Shown here piece by piece: positions 24,187 through 36,439 of a DNA stretch of 64,000 nt. The position numbers and the translations under genes are program-made. Source of the DNA: Lama guanicoe (lineage: Eukaryota); contig MU053588.1 of assembly GCA_013239625.1 (NCBI GenBank), positions 2,304,508 through 2,368,507 on the forward strand. The letters are read 5' to 3'. How positions within the stretch are numbered: position 1 is the first letter of the stretch; every line of letters begins with the position of its first letter. The notes under the pieces were generated by a model. The model had not been told where the DNA came from and ran no database searches. It saw only the letters and a program-made list of their open reading frames with translations.

Positions 24187-24746
24187 ATCTCCTAAGCAAC
24201 AGAGAAGTGTTGGATTAGTCTCCTAGGTGACAAACGAGGGTGGGAAGGGAGAAGCTGTCTACCAAGTGATTGGTAGGGGAGGTGGGTAGGCCTGCTCTCT
24301 AGGGTAGTAAGAGAGTGAGGCTGGTCTCCAAGGTAACTAGAGAGCACAAAATCAGTCTCTTCAGAAATCGGGAGAGTATTTAATTATCTCTTAAGTGACA
24401 AAGGAGGTTGTTATCTGGTGTCCAGGGTAACTCAGAATTGGTCTCCTAAGTAACAGTATAGGGTAGGCCTGGTCCCCAGTCTCTAAGGAAATGGAAGGAT
24501 GGGGACTGTTTCCTGGGTAACAAGTTTAGGGTTAGAGATACAATAGGGAAGGGTGGAGCTGGTCTCCAGAGTAACTGGGAAAGGTGGGGCTGGTCTCCAG
24601 GGTAACAGAGAAGAGAGGAGCTGGTCTCCAGGGTAACTGGGGATGGGGAGGCTGATCTCCAGGGTAACAGAGAAGGATGGGACTGGTCTCCAGGGAAACA
24701 GGAGCAGGTGGGGGAGTTTCAAAGGTCATACAGGGTCAAGGTAACA
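24187..24746. repeat. 31-bp degenerate minisatellite in SPTBN4 intron 11
   Basis: GTCTCCAGGGTAAC-type core at 24562, 24593, 24624, 24655 and 24686, with more diverged copies upstream. Confidence 0.85.
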
Positions 24747-24798
24747 GGTTGACTGCTGAGGCAACATGGGTGAGTGTCTGTGGCCTGCCCTGCCCCAG

Positions 24799-25101
24799 GA
24801 CAACTTTGGGTATGAACTGCCAGCAGTGGAGGCAGCCATGAAGAAGCATGAAGCGATTGAGGCGGACATTGCAGCCTATGAGGAGCGGGTGCAGGGCGTG
24901 GCAGAACTGGCCCAGGCATTGGCAACTGAAGGCTACTATGATGCCCGCCGAGTGGCAGCCCAGCGTGACAGTGTCCTGCGCCAGTGGGCCCTGCTGACTG
25001 GGCTGGTAGGTGCCCGGCGGACACGGCTCGAGCAGAACCTGGCCCTGCAGAAAGTCTTCCAGGAGATGGTGTACATGGTGGACTGGATGGAGGAGATGCA
25101 G
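24799..25101 (+). CDS. SPTBN4: BetaIV-spectrin exon 12
   Basis: DNFGYELPAVEAAMKKHEAIEADI...DWMEEMQ; ag/gt boundaries. Confidence 0.96.
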
Positions 25102-25169
25102 GTGGGAGCCAGACCGGGGACCAAGGATGGAGATGGCCTGCTGGGAGGGGAGGGAGGGAGGGATCTACA

Positions 25170-25810
25170 ATGTAGGAGTTGTCAAAGATGGAGAGGGAAG
25201 GAGAGCGAGACAGAAAGAGATAAAGAGAAAGGGAGACAAAAAGGAAGAGTGAAAGATACAAGGAGAGAGACAGAGATGCAGAAAAAGAAAGTGTGAGAAA
25301 GAGACAGAGAAATATCTAGAGAAATAGATAAAAAGACACAGTAAATGGAGACAGAGAGAGTAGGGACAGAGACAGAGAGATTAAGTCAGAGGAAGATCAT
25401 GACAATTTGAAAGAGAAGTCAGAGAAAGAGAGCTGGAGAAGCAGACACAAAGGTAGGAACAGAAATCTAAATGGCTACAGAGAAAAACACATCCAGAGGT
25501 GGAATCCATCTGAGAAAGTGAGAGACCTACTGGAGATAGACAGACAGATACAGAGCAAGATGGAGATGAGAAGGATGGAAGTGGAGAGAGAGAGACAGAC
25601 ACAAAGAGAGACATGGAGAGAAAGAGGGTTAGAGATGGAGACAGAAGTGTAAATGAGGCAGAGGTGAAGGCAGAGAGATGGAAGCATAGAGAGGGAGACA
25701 GGGTGATAAAGCCAGAGCCCAGAACTGCAGAGACAATGAGAGATGAAACATTCAGAGAGACAGAGATGGAGAGAAATGATGACAGAGACACAGAGACTGA
25801 GACAGAAGAG
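25170..25810. repeat. GA-rich low-complexity tract
   Basis: Degenerate (GAGACA)n; CT-rich counterparts at 18950-19400, 37880-38125, 38690-39335, 44415-44770 and 48780-49000. Confidence 0.85.
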
Positions 25811-25912
25811 TCTGATCGTGTAGAGGAGCAGAGGGCTGGTACGGGCAGTGGGAGGGAGGAGTGGCCTGAAGGCCGATGCTCAAAATACGCTCAGGGCTGC
25901 CCCTTCTTGTAG

Positions 25913-26063
25913 GCTCAGCTGCTGTCGCGGGAGTGTGGGCAGCACCTGGTGGAGGCAGAGGACCTGTTGCAGAAGCATGGGCTGCTGGAGGGGGACATCG
26001 CTGCCCAGAGTGAGCGGGTGGAGGCACTCAATGCTGCTGCCCTGCGTTTCTCCCAGTTGCAGG
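25913..26063 (+). CDS. SPTBN4: BetaIV-spectrin exon 13
   Basis: AQLLSRECGQHLVEAEDLLQKHGLLEGDI...FSQLQ; ag/gt boundaries. Confidence 0.96.
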
Positions 26064-28964
26064 GTGAGTCTGGGGTTGGGGTTGGGGTGGAGACTTTCAG
26101 GGCTGCCGCTAATAGAAGCAGAATGTCTCCTGAGAGACAGAGTGAAGGAGTGAGCTCCCCATCTCTAGAGGCATCCAAGCATGGACTAGGATCACACTCC
26201 ATCAGGGATACCATGGGGGGAATTAGTACCTTGAGTGGGAGGTTGCGCCACATGATTCTTCCTGCTTTCAGATTCTGCAGTAATAGTTCACGTCTGTTGA
26301 GCACTTGTCATGTGCTAAGCCTTTCACAGCCAGATCTCAGTGAAAAGACTGAATAAGGTAATTATTGTCAAGGCTTGTTCAGCTTCAAGTGATAGAAACT
26401 CAATTCAATTAACTTAAGGAGGTGGGGGAATGTATTGGCTGATGTAACTAAATGTGCAGGAAGGGATGATTTTTGTTTTAGGTATGGCTGGATCCAAGGA
26501 TAGTTCAATGATACTTTTAAGATTCCATCTTTCTCCAACTCTAGTCTTTACGCTTGTGTCACTGTTAGGCAGTCCCTCCCCTTGTGGTATAAATCTAGAT
26601 CAGTGGATCACTCAGCCCCATGTTTACATCCCAACAGCCAGTAAGAGATAGGCCCCTTTCTCAGTATTCTGGCAAAAGGTTCAAGGAAAGCTTTCATTAG
26701 CCCACTGTGGCTTCCGTCTCCATTGCTCAGCCAAGCATCATTGGCCATATCTATGTGACATATCCACCCAGGGCCAAGAGTGTGGTCAGCTCCCTCCAAA
26801 GACATGAACGGAAAAGGAGAAGGGTGGGGCACCACTAGCAGAAACAGGGGCTTGGATGCTGATAGACAAAACCCAGTCTGGCTCTAATGAGGTTCTCATT
26901 TCACTGAGGTCAATACCTTCCAACCAAAGACCACCAGGAGCCCCGCTGGAGTCAAACCAAGCTGAGTTTGTTGGCCCTTTGCACACACCACGGGGAACCC
27001 AGTAAGGGGTTCCCCATCAGCAAGAGGATGTTAAGAGGCGCTTATTATAGGATGTGGGCTTGTGTTAAGTGATTTGGGATGATTTAATGTGTTTTTTGCT
27101 GCAGCTTGAATGCCATCAGGAAGTGGAGGTAATTAGATGATTGCACATCTTAATCATTTTTATCCAGGTGGTGGGAGGGACAGGATTGGCAGAAGTGGTT
27201 CACCTTGGCCAGGCGAGGGGGAGTCAGTGGCTGTTTTTGCAGTTTGCGCAGTGACCTTGTTTTGTGTGCGCTCAGACGTGACTGCGGAGTGGTCTCGTCT
27301 CTGTCTCACACCATCACGATTGCAGAGTCATCTTGTCTGATGTTGTGTCCTGTGAAGCTGTGTATGAGCGCTGACAGCATCAGGGTGGCTTTTTTCTTTT
27401 TCCCTGATGAGGAGACTGAGGCCTAGAGCTGCAGAGCTGATATGAAGGTTTTGAGGCTATTCTATCTCGCTCCTTTACCTGAAGCCACGGCCCTTGGGAA
27501 TCCTGGAGCATTGTTGGAAAAGGAAGAGGCTGTCTTGCTTGCAGGATGGCCAGGAAGTTTCTCACCTTCATGGGCTGGATCATGTCCTAAGAGCAAACGC
27601 TGAGGTCTCCTTCCACGCCTGGGTGCAGACATCCCCATCCTAGCTCAGCCCTCAAGACATTGTTGGAACCCTCTCCTTCATCCTTCATTCTTATGGATGT
27701 TCATCTGGGAGCTTCCCTCTATCTTTTCCTTGTGAGATCTCGGTGCCTAATGACAATGTGCCAGCAGCACCGTGGAAACAGCAAAGAGGCTAATGTGGGT
27801 TGTGTGTTGTCATGGTGATGGGAGGCAGTGCTACCCGATGAATGGTTCAGAGTGTGACCTGATCTGCTACTGATCCTGGGCAAGCAGCTTCCCTTCCTGA
27901 GCGTGTGTTTCTTCATCTGTAAGATGGGGTTAGTAAGGATACTGGCCTTATAGGATGGCTGTGAGAATTCAATGACATTGTGTCAGAGTAAGGGCTAGAT
28001 ACATGGATGCCATTGATGTTTATTATGCATTGGTATTTGGGTCAGTTTCAGTGAATGTCCAAAAATACAGAAATTCTGCGTGCCATCTAGGGCAGTGTCT
28101 TTCATACTGTTTTAACCCAGTAAGAAGTACATTTACCTCATGACCCAGAGTTCACAGGCACACGTGTACACACACACACAGAGATATGCACAGACACGAA
28201 GGCTTTATAAAACAATGCTTCCTCTTACCTCGAGTGTTGCATTCTGATATTTTCTATTCATTCGATTCTATTTCATTAAAGAAATGTTGGCTGCCACCTA
28301 GTAAAATTAATCCCACAAACTAAAGGTCTAGGAGGAAGGTGAAACATTTTAACACAAAAAGGCGTTTAGATCGTCACTGAGTTAATAGATAAGGCAACCG
28401 AGGATGAGGGAGGGAACCCAGAAGCATGGCTTAAGAGTTGTTTCACTTGGTCCCGTTCTAAAGGAAACACACTGTATGTTTACACTAAAATAATACAGAT
28501 TCTAGGAATCGCTGAATCTGTTTCCATCCATCATTCAATCAATAAGTCACCATTTTCACTAGGCTTCTGCTCTGGGCTCCACCCTATGCTGGGCAGTGGT
28601 GAGAACACTGTGTGTTGGAGACTGTCCCAGGCCCTGTCCTTACAGGGTTCCCAGTCCAGTGGGGGAGACAGACTGGCAGTGACAACGTAGAGGGGTCAGA
28701 GTTGGAATGACAAAGTTACAGGCAGAGTAGTCCCGGCTGCGGTGGGAAAAGCAGAGAAGCCTGGAAGAACCAGAGAAGGCGCCTGCTCCAGACTGGGATG
28801 TCAGGGAAAGCTGCCTGGAGGAGGTGGCTGCCTGGAGGAGGCGACGTGTAACCTGCCATTTGATGAAGTCAGGCCAAGGTCTAGGCAGGTAGCCTGCTCC
28901 ACCCTCTCTTGGGCGCCCCCCTGGCATGTGCCCAACCAGGGATCCTCCCTTTCTCCTGGCCCAG

Positions 28965-29904
28965 GTTACCAGCCCTGCGATCCGCAGGTCATCTGCAACC
29001 GCGTAAACCACGTGCACGGCTGTCTGGCGGAGCTGCAAGAGCAGGCGGCGAGGCGGCGAGCGGATCTGGAGGCCTCACGGAGCCTGTGGGCGCTGCTGCA
29101 GGAGCTGGAAGAGGCCGAGAGCTGGGCCCGCGACAAGGAGCGCCTCCTAGAGGCGGCGGGCGGCGGCGGCGCGGCGGGCGCGGCGAGTCCCGCGGGAGGC
29201 GCACATGACCTGTCCAGCACCGCGCGCCTCTTGGCGCAGCACAAGATCCTGCAGGGAGAGCTGGGCGGGCGGCGGGCACTGCTACAGCAGGCGCTGCGGC
29301 GCGGCGAGGAGCTGGCCGCCGCCGGTGGCGCCGTGGGCCCGGGAGCCGAGACAGTGCACCTGGCGGGCCTGGCGGAGCGCGCGGCGAGCGCGCGGCGACG
29401 CTGGCAGCGGCTGGAAGAGGCGGCGGCGCGGCGCGAGCGGCGGCTGCAGGAGGCGCGAGCGCTGCATCAGTTCGGCGCTGACCTCGACGGGCTCCTGGAC
29501 TGGCTCCGCGACGCCTACCGCCTAGCAGCCGCGGGCGACTTCGGCCACGACGAAGCATCCAGCCGCCGCCTGGCCCGCCAGCACCGCGCGCTCACTGGGG
29601 AGGTGGAGGCGCATCGCGGGCCAGTGGGCGGCCTGCGGCGTCAGCTGGCCACACTTGGGGGCGCTAGTGGCGCTGGGCCATTGGTGGTGGCATTGCAGGT
29701 GCGCGTTGTGGAGGCCGAGCAGCTGTTCGCCGAGGTGACCGAGGTGGCTGCGCTGCGGCGCCAGTGGCTGCGGGATGCCCTCGCCGTCTACCGCATGTTC
29801 GGGGAGGTGCACGCTTGCGAGCTGTGGATCGGTGAGAAGGAGCAATGGCTGCTCGCCATGCGTGTGCCTGATTCACTCGACGACGTCGAGGTGGTGCAGC
29901 ACCG
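28965..29904 (+). CDS. SPTBN4: BetaIV-spectrin exon 14 (940 nt, CpG-island exon)
   Basis: GYQPCDPQVICNRV...DSLDDVEVVQHR; cag|GT to CG|gtgagc. Confidence 0.96.
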
Positions 29905-31220
29905 GTGAGCGCCCGCTTGTGGGACTTCTCGGCCCCCTTTCTCATGCGCACAGTCTCACCTTCCTTGGTTAAACAGTTTCCGTGTTCACTCACCTGGAAC
30001 CAGGGGTTCTAGTAAAATGGGAACGATATTAGTCCCAACCTCACAAACTCCTGGAGAACAGTAAGTGAGTTAATACGTGCAAAATACTTAGCAAATGTCT
30101 GGGTTCAGGGAGCACCCCAGGAGCGTTTGCTATTATTACTATGAGGCTTATAGTCACCTGGCATGAACTTAACCTAAGCTTCTCCAGGGATGCCCCAGCC
30201 TGATCCCTCCCCTGGGACTCTCATTGCCCTTGCATAGATGTCACCTCCCTAGCTAACAAAATTGCTCTGACCTTTGTCACTTTCTATTCCCTCACCCACT
30301 TTATGTTTCTTCATAGCATTTACCACCCTGTGACACAGTAGATACTGGTTTGTCTGTTGGCAGGTTAAGTGATGAGTTTTTAAATTAGTGGATGAACCCT
30401 CTGTGCCTTTCTCTCTGAGCATGTGCATCCATCCACTTATTTCAGTGGGTACTTACTGAGTTCCTACTCTGTTCCAGGCCTTGCTGGAAACACAGGCCTG
30501 GTCCCCTCTGTGACTGTCCACGGTTACCCAAGCCACAGCCTTGGGCATTGTTTTAAATAAGGGAGGGCCATGGCCAGCTTAAAACAGATCTCCCTGGCTG
30601 CCAGGTGGAGGGTGGGTTGGAGTGGGTAAGAACGGTGGCTGGCAGCCCAGAGAGGGAACTGGGGTGGGGACCTAGGTAGGAGGGGACAAGACTGGACCAA
30701 GGCAGGAGTCCAAGTGGACAGGCCATGGGGAAGGCAGGCTTGAGGGGAGTGATGTCCAAAACAGAGCCCAGGGCTCTGGCCTAGGATATAGTAGGGTGGT
30801 TCCTGAGATGGGGACCCAGAGGAAGAACAAATCAGGGGAGATACTGAAGCCAGTTTGAGTCACAGTAGGGAGCCCTGAGGAGGTACATAGCAGGGTTTAA
30901 GGCTGGAGACAGATTCAGAAGGAACAAGGTTGAAGTTAGAGTCAGATGTGGGAGTGATGAGTTCAGGGGTGAGGACTGAAGCTGTGGGGATGGGTGAGAT
31001 GGTCAGGCAGGATGTGGGGGAGAGCTCAGTGGGCCCAGGACAGAGCCCTGAGAAATGTAACATTTAAGTGACAGGTAGAAGAAGAGGAACTGACAAAGGA
31101 GCCTGAGGAGGTAAGGTTGGAGAATTAGGAGGAGAACCAGGAAGAGGCAGCTTTGCAAGAACCAGTGGGCAGGTCCCCAGGGTCCAGGCCTCTCTGAGTA
31201 TGTCCATCCTTCTTCCACAG

Positions 31221-31358
31221 CTTTGAGAGCCTGGACCAGGAGATGAACAGTCTGATGAGCCGAGTCCTGGATGTAAACCACACGGTCCAGGAGCTGGTGG
31301 AAGGAGGCCACCCCAGCTCAGATGAGGTGTGCTCCTGCCAGGACCACCTCAACAGCAG
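31221..31358 (+). CDS. SPTBN4: BetaIV-spectrin exon 15
   Basis: FESLDQEMNSLMSRVLDVNHTVQELVEGGHPSSDEVCSCQDHLNSR; ag/gt boundaries. Confidence 0.96.
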
Positions 31359-33019
31359 GTAGGTGGGGCCTGGGGCTGGAAGTCCTTCTGGGCATCCCAC
31401 ACCAGTTCTTCCCATCATTCCTTTCCTCATCCACTCTGCTGTAGAAATCAAGAATGTGCAATTTCAAATCACTGAGATGTTAAGGGCTACCTAGTAAATT
31501 AGCAAAATCTTGAAAAAATTGGTGATAACCAGTGCTAGTGATGATGTGGTAAAATGAGGATACAGTACATTTCAATGGAGTATTATTTCATTTGTTCTGA
31601 AATGATTTATTGAGTATCTACTATATGCCAGGAATTTTTCCAAATACTTAATATACCTTGTTTTATCTCCCCATATCTCAGTGTCTATAGAAAGTTTCCA
31701 GAATTTGAAACTCTTTAAGAATAGCAACAAATTAAATCTTTCCCCCAGAATACTACCAGCAGTTCTCCCAGTGTGGGTAGGCTTCATATATAAAGACACA
31801 GGTCTGGAGAGGTGAAATCCTTATCCGAGATTACTCACTCTAGTAAGTAGAAGTCAAACCTAGCTCTGCTTGAATCCAGAGCTGGGGCTCTGATCATATA
31901 TATTCTCCCACAGAGTTCTTCCCAGCAACTCTGTAGGGGTATAAATTACCCATGTTAGAGAGGAGGAAACTGGGGCTCAGAGAGGGGAAAGTGGCCCAAG
32001 GTCACATGGCAAGTTGGGGGTAGGGTCAATCCTGGATTTGAAGTTGGGTTTGTCTGACTCCGAAGTCTGTGCCCATAACTGCTGTGCTGTAAGATCCCAG
32101 TATCCTGTGATTTCCAAGCCCCTGTAGCCTCAGCAATCCCAGGGTGCCAGGGCCTAAAAAGGTGATGATAGCAATAGTGAGTTAGAGTATTTAGTGAGAT
32201 TAGGTGCCAAGTGCTTTAGCTACATGATATCATTAAACAACCAATAAAGTAGACATAATTATCCCCATTTTCCCAATGAGGAAGCAGTATCAGTGACAGA
32301 AATGATTTGCCCAAGTTCACATGGTGAATCTGGCCAGAATAGAACTTGAACTTGAGTCCTTCTGATTTCAGAGTCTTAATCTCTTTCCTTGTGGGTGTCC
32401 ATTCTAGAGGGGACAAAAGGCATTAACAAATAAACAAATAAATGAGTGAGATATTTAGAGAATTGTAAGGATAAGGATGCAGGAAATAGAGTGACCTGGT
32501 AGGGCATAACGGGCTTGGTGGTGATTTTAGATCTTGTGGTCAGCCATGGCATTTTGAGCTGAGCCCTCAAAGGGGATGAGAAGGATCCAGCCACAGGAAG
32601 AGGACATATGTGAAAGAGGAAAGAGGGGACAGGGCATTCCAGGCAGGGAGCACAGCTGAAGCGAAGGCTATGAGGTAGAAAAGGGCTTGATCTGTTTCCA
32701 AAGAGTGTCCCCACTCAAATACAGAAGCAAACAGGTACTGTCTGAAGCAGTTCATAAATCATAACTCATTTGGATCTCACAGCACCCTTATGAGGTAGGT
32801 GCTATGATTGTTACCATTTTACTGGTGGGGAAACTGAGGCACAGAGAGGGTTACTAGCCAAAGGATGCACAACTTAGATTTGACTCTGAGCCTGACATAG
32901 CCAGGCAGTCCGACTCAGATTCTGTGCTTGTAACCTGGACCATACACTGCCCATGATGGGAACTGAGGCCCAGAGAAGTATTATCACTTGCCTGAGGACA
33001 CAGAGCAATGCATAATTTT

Positions 33020-33485
33020 TCCCATTGATGTTCTGACACTCTGATTTCAGAACCCTTTGCTTTCTTAAAAACTATTAAGGTCCCCAAAGAATTCGTTATG
33101 TCCATCAGGTTATGTCTATCAATATTTACTATATTAGAAATTAACACTGGGTGTTTTTAAAATATTGTCATTAAAAATAACAATCATAAACATATGATAT
33201 TACATAACTAATATTTTAAATGAAAAATAACTATTGTTCAAAACAAAAGAAATATAGTGAGAAGAGTGGCATTGTTTTGCGTTTTTGCGAATCTCTTTCA
33301 TGTCTGGCTTAAGAGAAGGCAGCTGAGTTCTTAGGTCTGCTTCTGCAATCAGTCTTTGTCCTGCAGCCTCTGGAAAACTCCACTGTACACTCGGGAGAGA
33401 ATGAGAGTGAAAAGGCAAATAGCATCTTAGCATTTTGATGAAGATAGTTTTGCCCTCGCTCAGATTACATTTTGAGAACTGCTAC
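33020..33485. mobile_element. hAT-Charlie DNA transposon remnant
   Basis: Collinear with the 46172-46680 copy; ends tttgagaactgct. Confidence 0.6.
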
Positions 33486-33655
33486 TGTAAGCAAATGTGC
33501 GGGGTGGAGTCCATTTCACACAGGCAGAAAGTGTAGCTTGGTGAGATAAGGGGATATTCCAAGGTCATACAGTGGCTGGGTTCTACCCAGGGTCAGTGGG
33601 CCCTCCATACTTGAGGGCCCTGTCCTCCTTAAGCTGCCCTGCTTCCCCTGGGCAG

Positions 33656-34406
33656 GTGGAACCGCATCGTGGAGCTGGTGGAACAGCGCAAAGAGGAAAT
33701 GAGCGCGGTGCTGCTGGTGGAGAACCACGTTTTGGAGGTGGCGGAGGTGCGCGCCCAGGTGCGCGAGAAGCGGAGAGCTGTGGAGAGCGCGCCCCGCGCC
33801 GGCGGCGCCCTGCAGTGGCGCCTTAGCGGCCTGGAGGCGGCTCTGCAAGCGCTAGAGCCGCGCCAGGCGGCCCTTCTGGAGGAGGCGGCCCTACTGGCTG
33901 TGCGCTTCCCGGCGCAGGCTGCGCGGCTGCATCAGGGTGCGGAGGAACTGGGCGCCGAGTGGGGCGCGCTAGCCAGCGCGGCTCAGGCCTGTGGCGAGGC
34001 GGTGGCGGCTGCCGGGCGCCTGCAGCGCTTCCTGCACGACCTGGATGCTTTCCTGGACTGGCTGGTGCGTGCCCAGGAGATGGCTGGCGGCTGCGAGGGG
34101 CCCCTGCCGGGCAGCCTGGAGGAGGCCGACGCGCTGCTGGCGCGCCACGCGGCGCTCAAGGAGGAAGTGGACCAGCGCGAGGAGGACTATGCGCGCATCG
34201 TGGCGGCCAGCGAGGCACTGCTGGCGGGCGACGGCGCCGAGCTGGGTCCAGGCCTGGCACTGGATGAGTGGCTGCCGCACCTCGAACTTGGCTGGCACAA
34301 GCTGCTCGGCTTGTGGGAGGCGCGCAGGGAGGCGCTGGTCCAGGCACATGTCTACCAGCTCTTTCTGCGCGACCTACGCCAGGCGCGAGCGGTGCTGCGC
34401 AACCAG
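33656..34406 (+). CDS. SPTBN4: BetaIV-spectrin exon 16 (751 nt, CpG-rich)
   Basis: WNRIVELVEQRKEEMSAVLL...FLRDLRQARAVLRNQ; ag/gt boundaries. Confidence 0.96.
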
Positions 34407-35892
34407 GTGCCCGTTTCGGGGTTGATGCGGGTGGGGGTCTGAGGCCAAGGGAGGTGTTGCAGGGACAGGAAAATGTATGCAGGAGTGTGTTTGTGGGGGC
34501 CACTGGGTTCGTGGCTTCTCTGATGTCACTGGGAGTAGGGGAGGGGGAAGTATCTGGTATGGACAGCTGGGTTCGTGGATCAACTGGTGTGAACATATGT
34601 GAGTGTGTGTGTAACAGAACTTGAGGATTATGATGGGTGGGTTGGTGTCATCCGAGGTGACTGTGGAATATTCTGAGTGAGTAATGCACTTGGATGTTCA
34701 TTGCACTGGCTTTCTGGGTTTGTGGCCTGTCTGGAAGGAAATAAGAGTATGAGGTTGATGAGTGATGGTTAATGAGGGTCAAAGAAGATCTTGGGGTGGA
34801 TAACAGAGAATGAAGTAAGTAGTAGGTAATTCAGGTTGAGAGATTATTGGGATCAGTTAGTGACTGTGGATTAGATAGTTGTGGGGGCCTAAATTAGCAG
34901 ATTCTCTTTTTGTTGGGGATGGCAATTTGCAGATTCTCTGGAGAGGGTAACTGCTTTTATGGCCTGAGGAATCGATCCGGGGTTATCTGGGAACAGCTGA
35001 TCCAGTCTAGAGATCTCCCTGGGTTGGGAACCAAATGTGAGGGTTTGGTCAAGATAGAACACCCAGTTTTCAGATTGTCCAAGAGTCGGTACTGATTTTT
35101 AGGGACCATTTTAGAAAGGGTGACTACCTGTGCTGATTATCTAGAGAAAGATGACCCAGTTAGAGGATTATCTGGAGGAACAGACAGGGACCCCCTGGAA
35201 TCATGAGGTTACTAAACATTGGAGCTGAGGTGATCTTGAGAGACCCTTTCTGACCCACTCATTTTACCAGTTAGAAAACTCACCCCAGAGAGGGAAAGAA
35301 CTTCCTTGAAGTCACACAGCACTCAGGTTGGTCTTCATAAATTAATCGGAAATTTACTGAGTGCCTCCTCTGTGCCAGGCACTATTCTGGGGCTGAACAC
35401 ACAAGAAACGAAACATGAAACCCCACCCTCATGTGGTTGGCATTCTGATGTGTGTGGGGGAGGAGATGATAAGCAAGAAAATGCATCTATAATATCATGC
35501 CAGGTATATGCTATGAAAAATAGTAAAGCATGGTAAAGGAATGTGGCTCAGGCAGAGAATGATTTTTGGCAGATGGTTAGAGACTCAAAGAAAGTGAAAG
35601 AGCCAGCTATGGGGATATCTGGAGGAAGAGACTACCAGGCAGAGGGACCAGGAGGGGCAAAGGCCCTGACATGGGACCATACCTGGCATGTTTGATGCAG
35701 AAACACAGTGAGCAAGGGAGGGAAGCCCTTCATCCCACTGACTTGGAAGCAGTAGGATGGATCCTTCTTTCCTAAAGCGTATTTACCAACAAAGACTTTG
35801 GAGACTAGGGTAAAACAAAATGGTCGGCAGCCTCTCCCAGGCCCTGGAATGGAGCAGGGCTGACCTGAGCATCACCCCTCTCCCGTTCCCAG

Positions 35893-36095
35893 GAGATGGC
35901 ACTGTCGGGTCTGGAGCTGCCCGGCACTGTGGAGTCGGTGGAGGAGGCATTGAAACGGCACCGGGATTTTCTCACCACGATGGAGCTGAACCAGCAGAAG
36001 ATGCAGGTGGCTGTGCAGGCTGCCGAGAGCTTGCTGAGGCAGGGCAACGCCTACGGGGAGCAGGCCCAGGAGGCCGTGGCTCGGCTGCTGGAGAA
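35893..36095 (+). CDS. SPTBN4: BetaIV-spectrin exon 17
   Basis: EMALSGLELPGTVESVEEALKRHRDF...ARLLEK; ag/gt boundaries, phase 2. Confidence 0.96.
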
Positions 36096-36390
36096 GTAGG
36101 TCCCTCAGATCCCAGGGGTGCAGGGAGTGGGATCTGGGCACAGGGGAGGGGTGAGGAGGCCGGAACTCCCTTTCTTGCCATCACATTTCTGCTTCTCTGC
36201 CCCTCTCTGATTTCTACCAAATTCCACATTATTTTAGATTAGATTTAAATTGATGTTCTGTGAAAAAGTAACTAGTGGTTGATAACCCAAAAGCTGCAGA
36301 AGAATACACAATGAAAAGTTTCCTCCCTAAAGCTTACCCTCAGCCTGAGATAGCTGGACTGGTTGTTAAAATGTTAACATCTTTTCCTAG

Positions 36391-36439
36391 ATGCCCCAGC
36401 ATCTGCCCTGCTGCTCTGGTCCCCAGATCTGGCAGCTAA
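36391..36439 (+). CDS. SPTBN4: Candidate alternative terminal coding exon (betaIV-sigma3-like)
   Basis: Acceptor cttttcctag|A; spliced to exon 17 it reads K-CPSICPAALVPRSGS-stop. It resembles my recollection of the human truncated isoform tail, which I could not verify. Confidence 0.45.

Noticed and set aside
24187..24746. CRISPR-like look (conserved repeat with variable spacers)
   Set aside because: Mammalian intron; the repeat is only 14 bp, the spacers are about 17 bp and related to one another, and there are no cas genes. It is a minisatellite.
28966..29993. Antisense and alternative-frame ORFs over exon 14 (similarly exons 16, 21, 23 and 26)
   Set aside because: Expected shadows of GC-rich coding exons.
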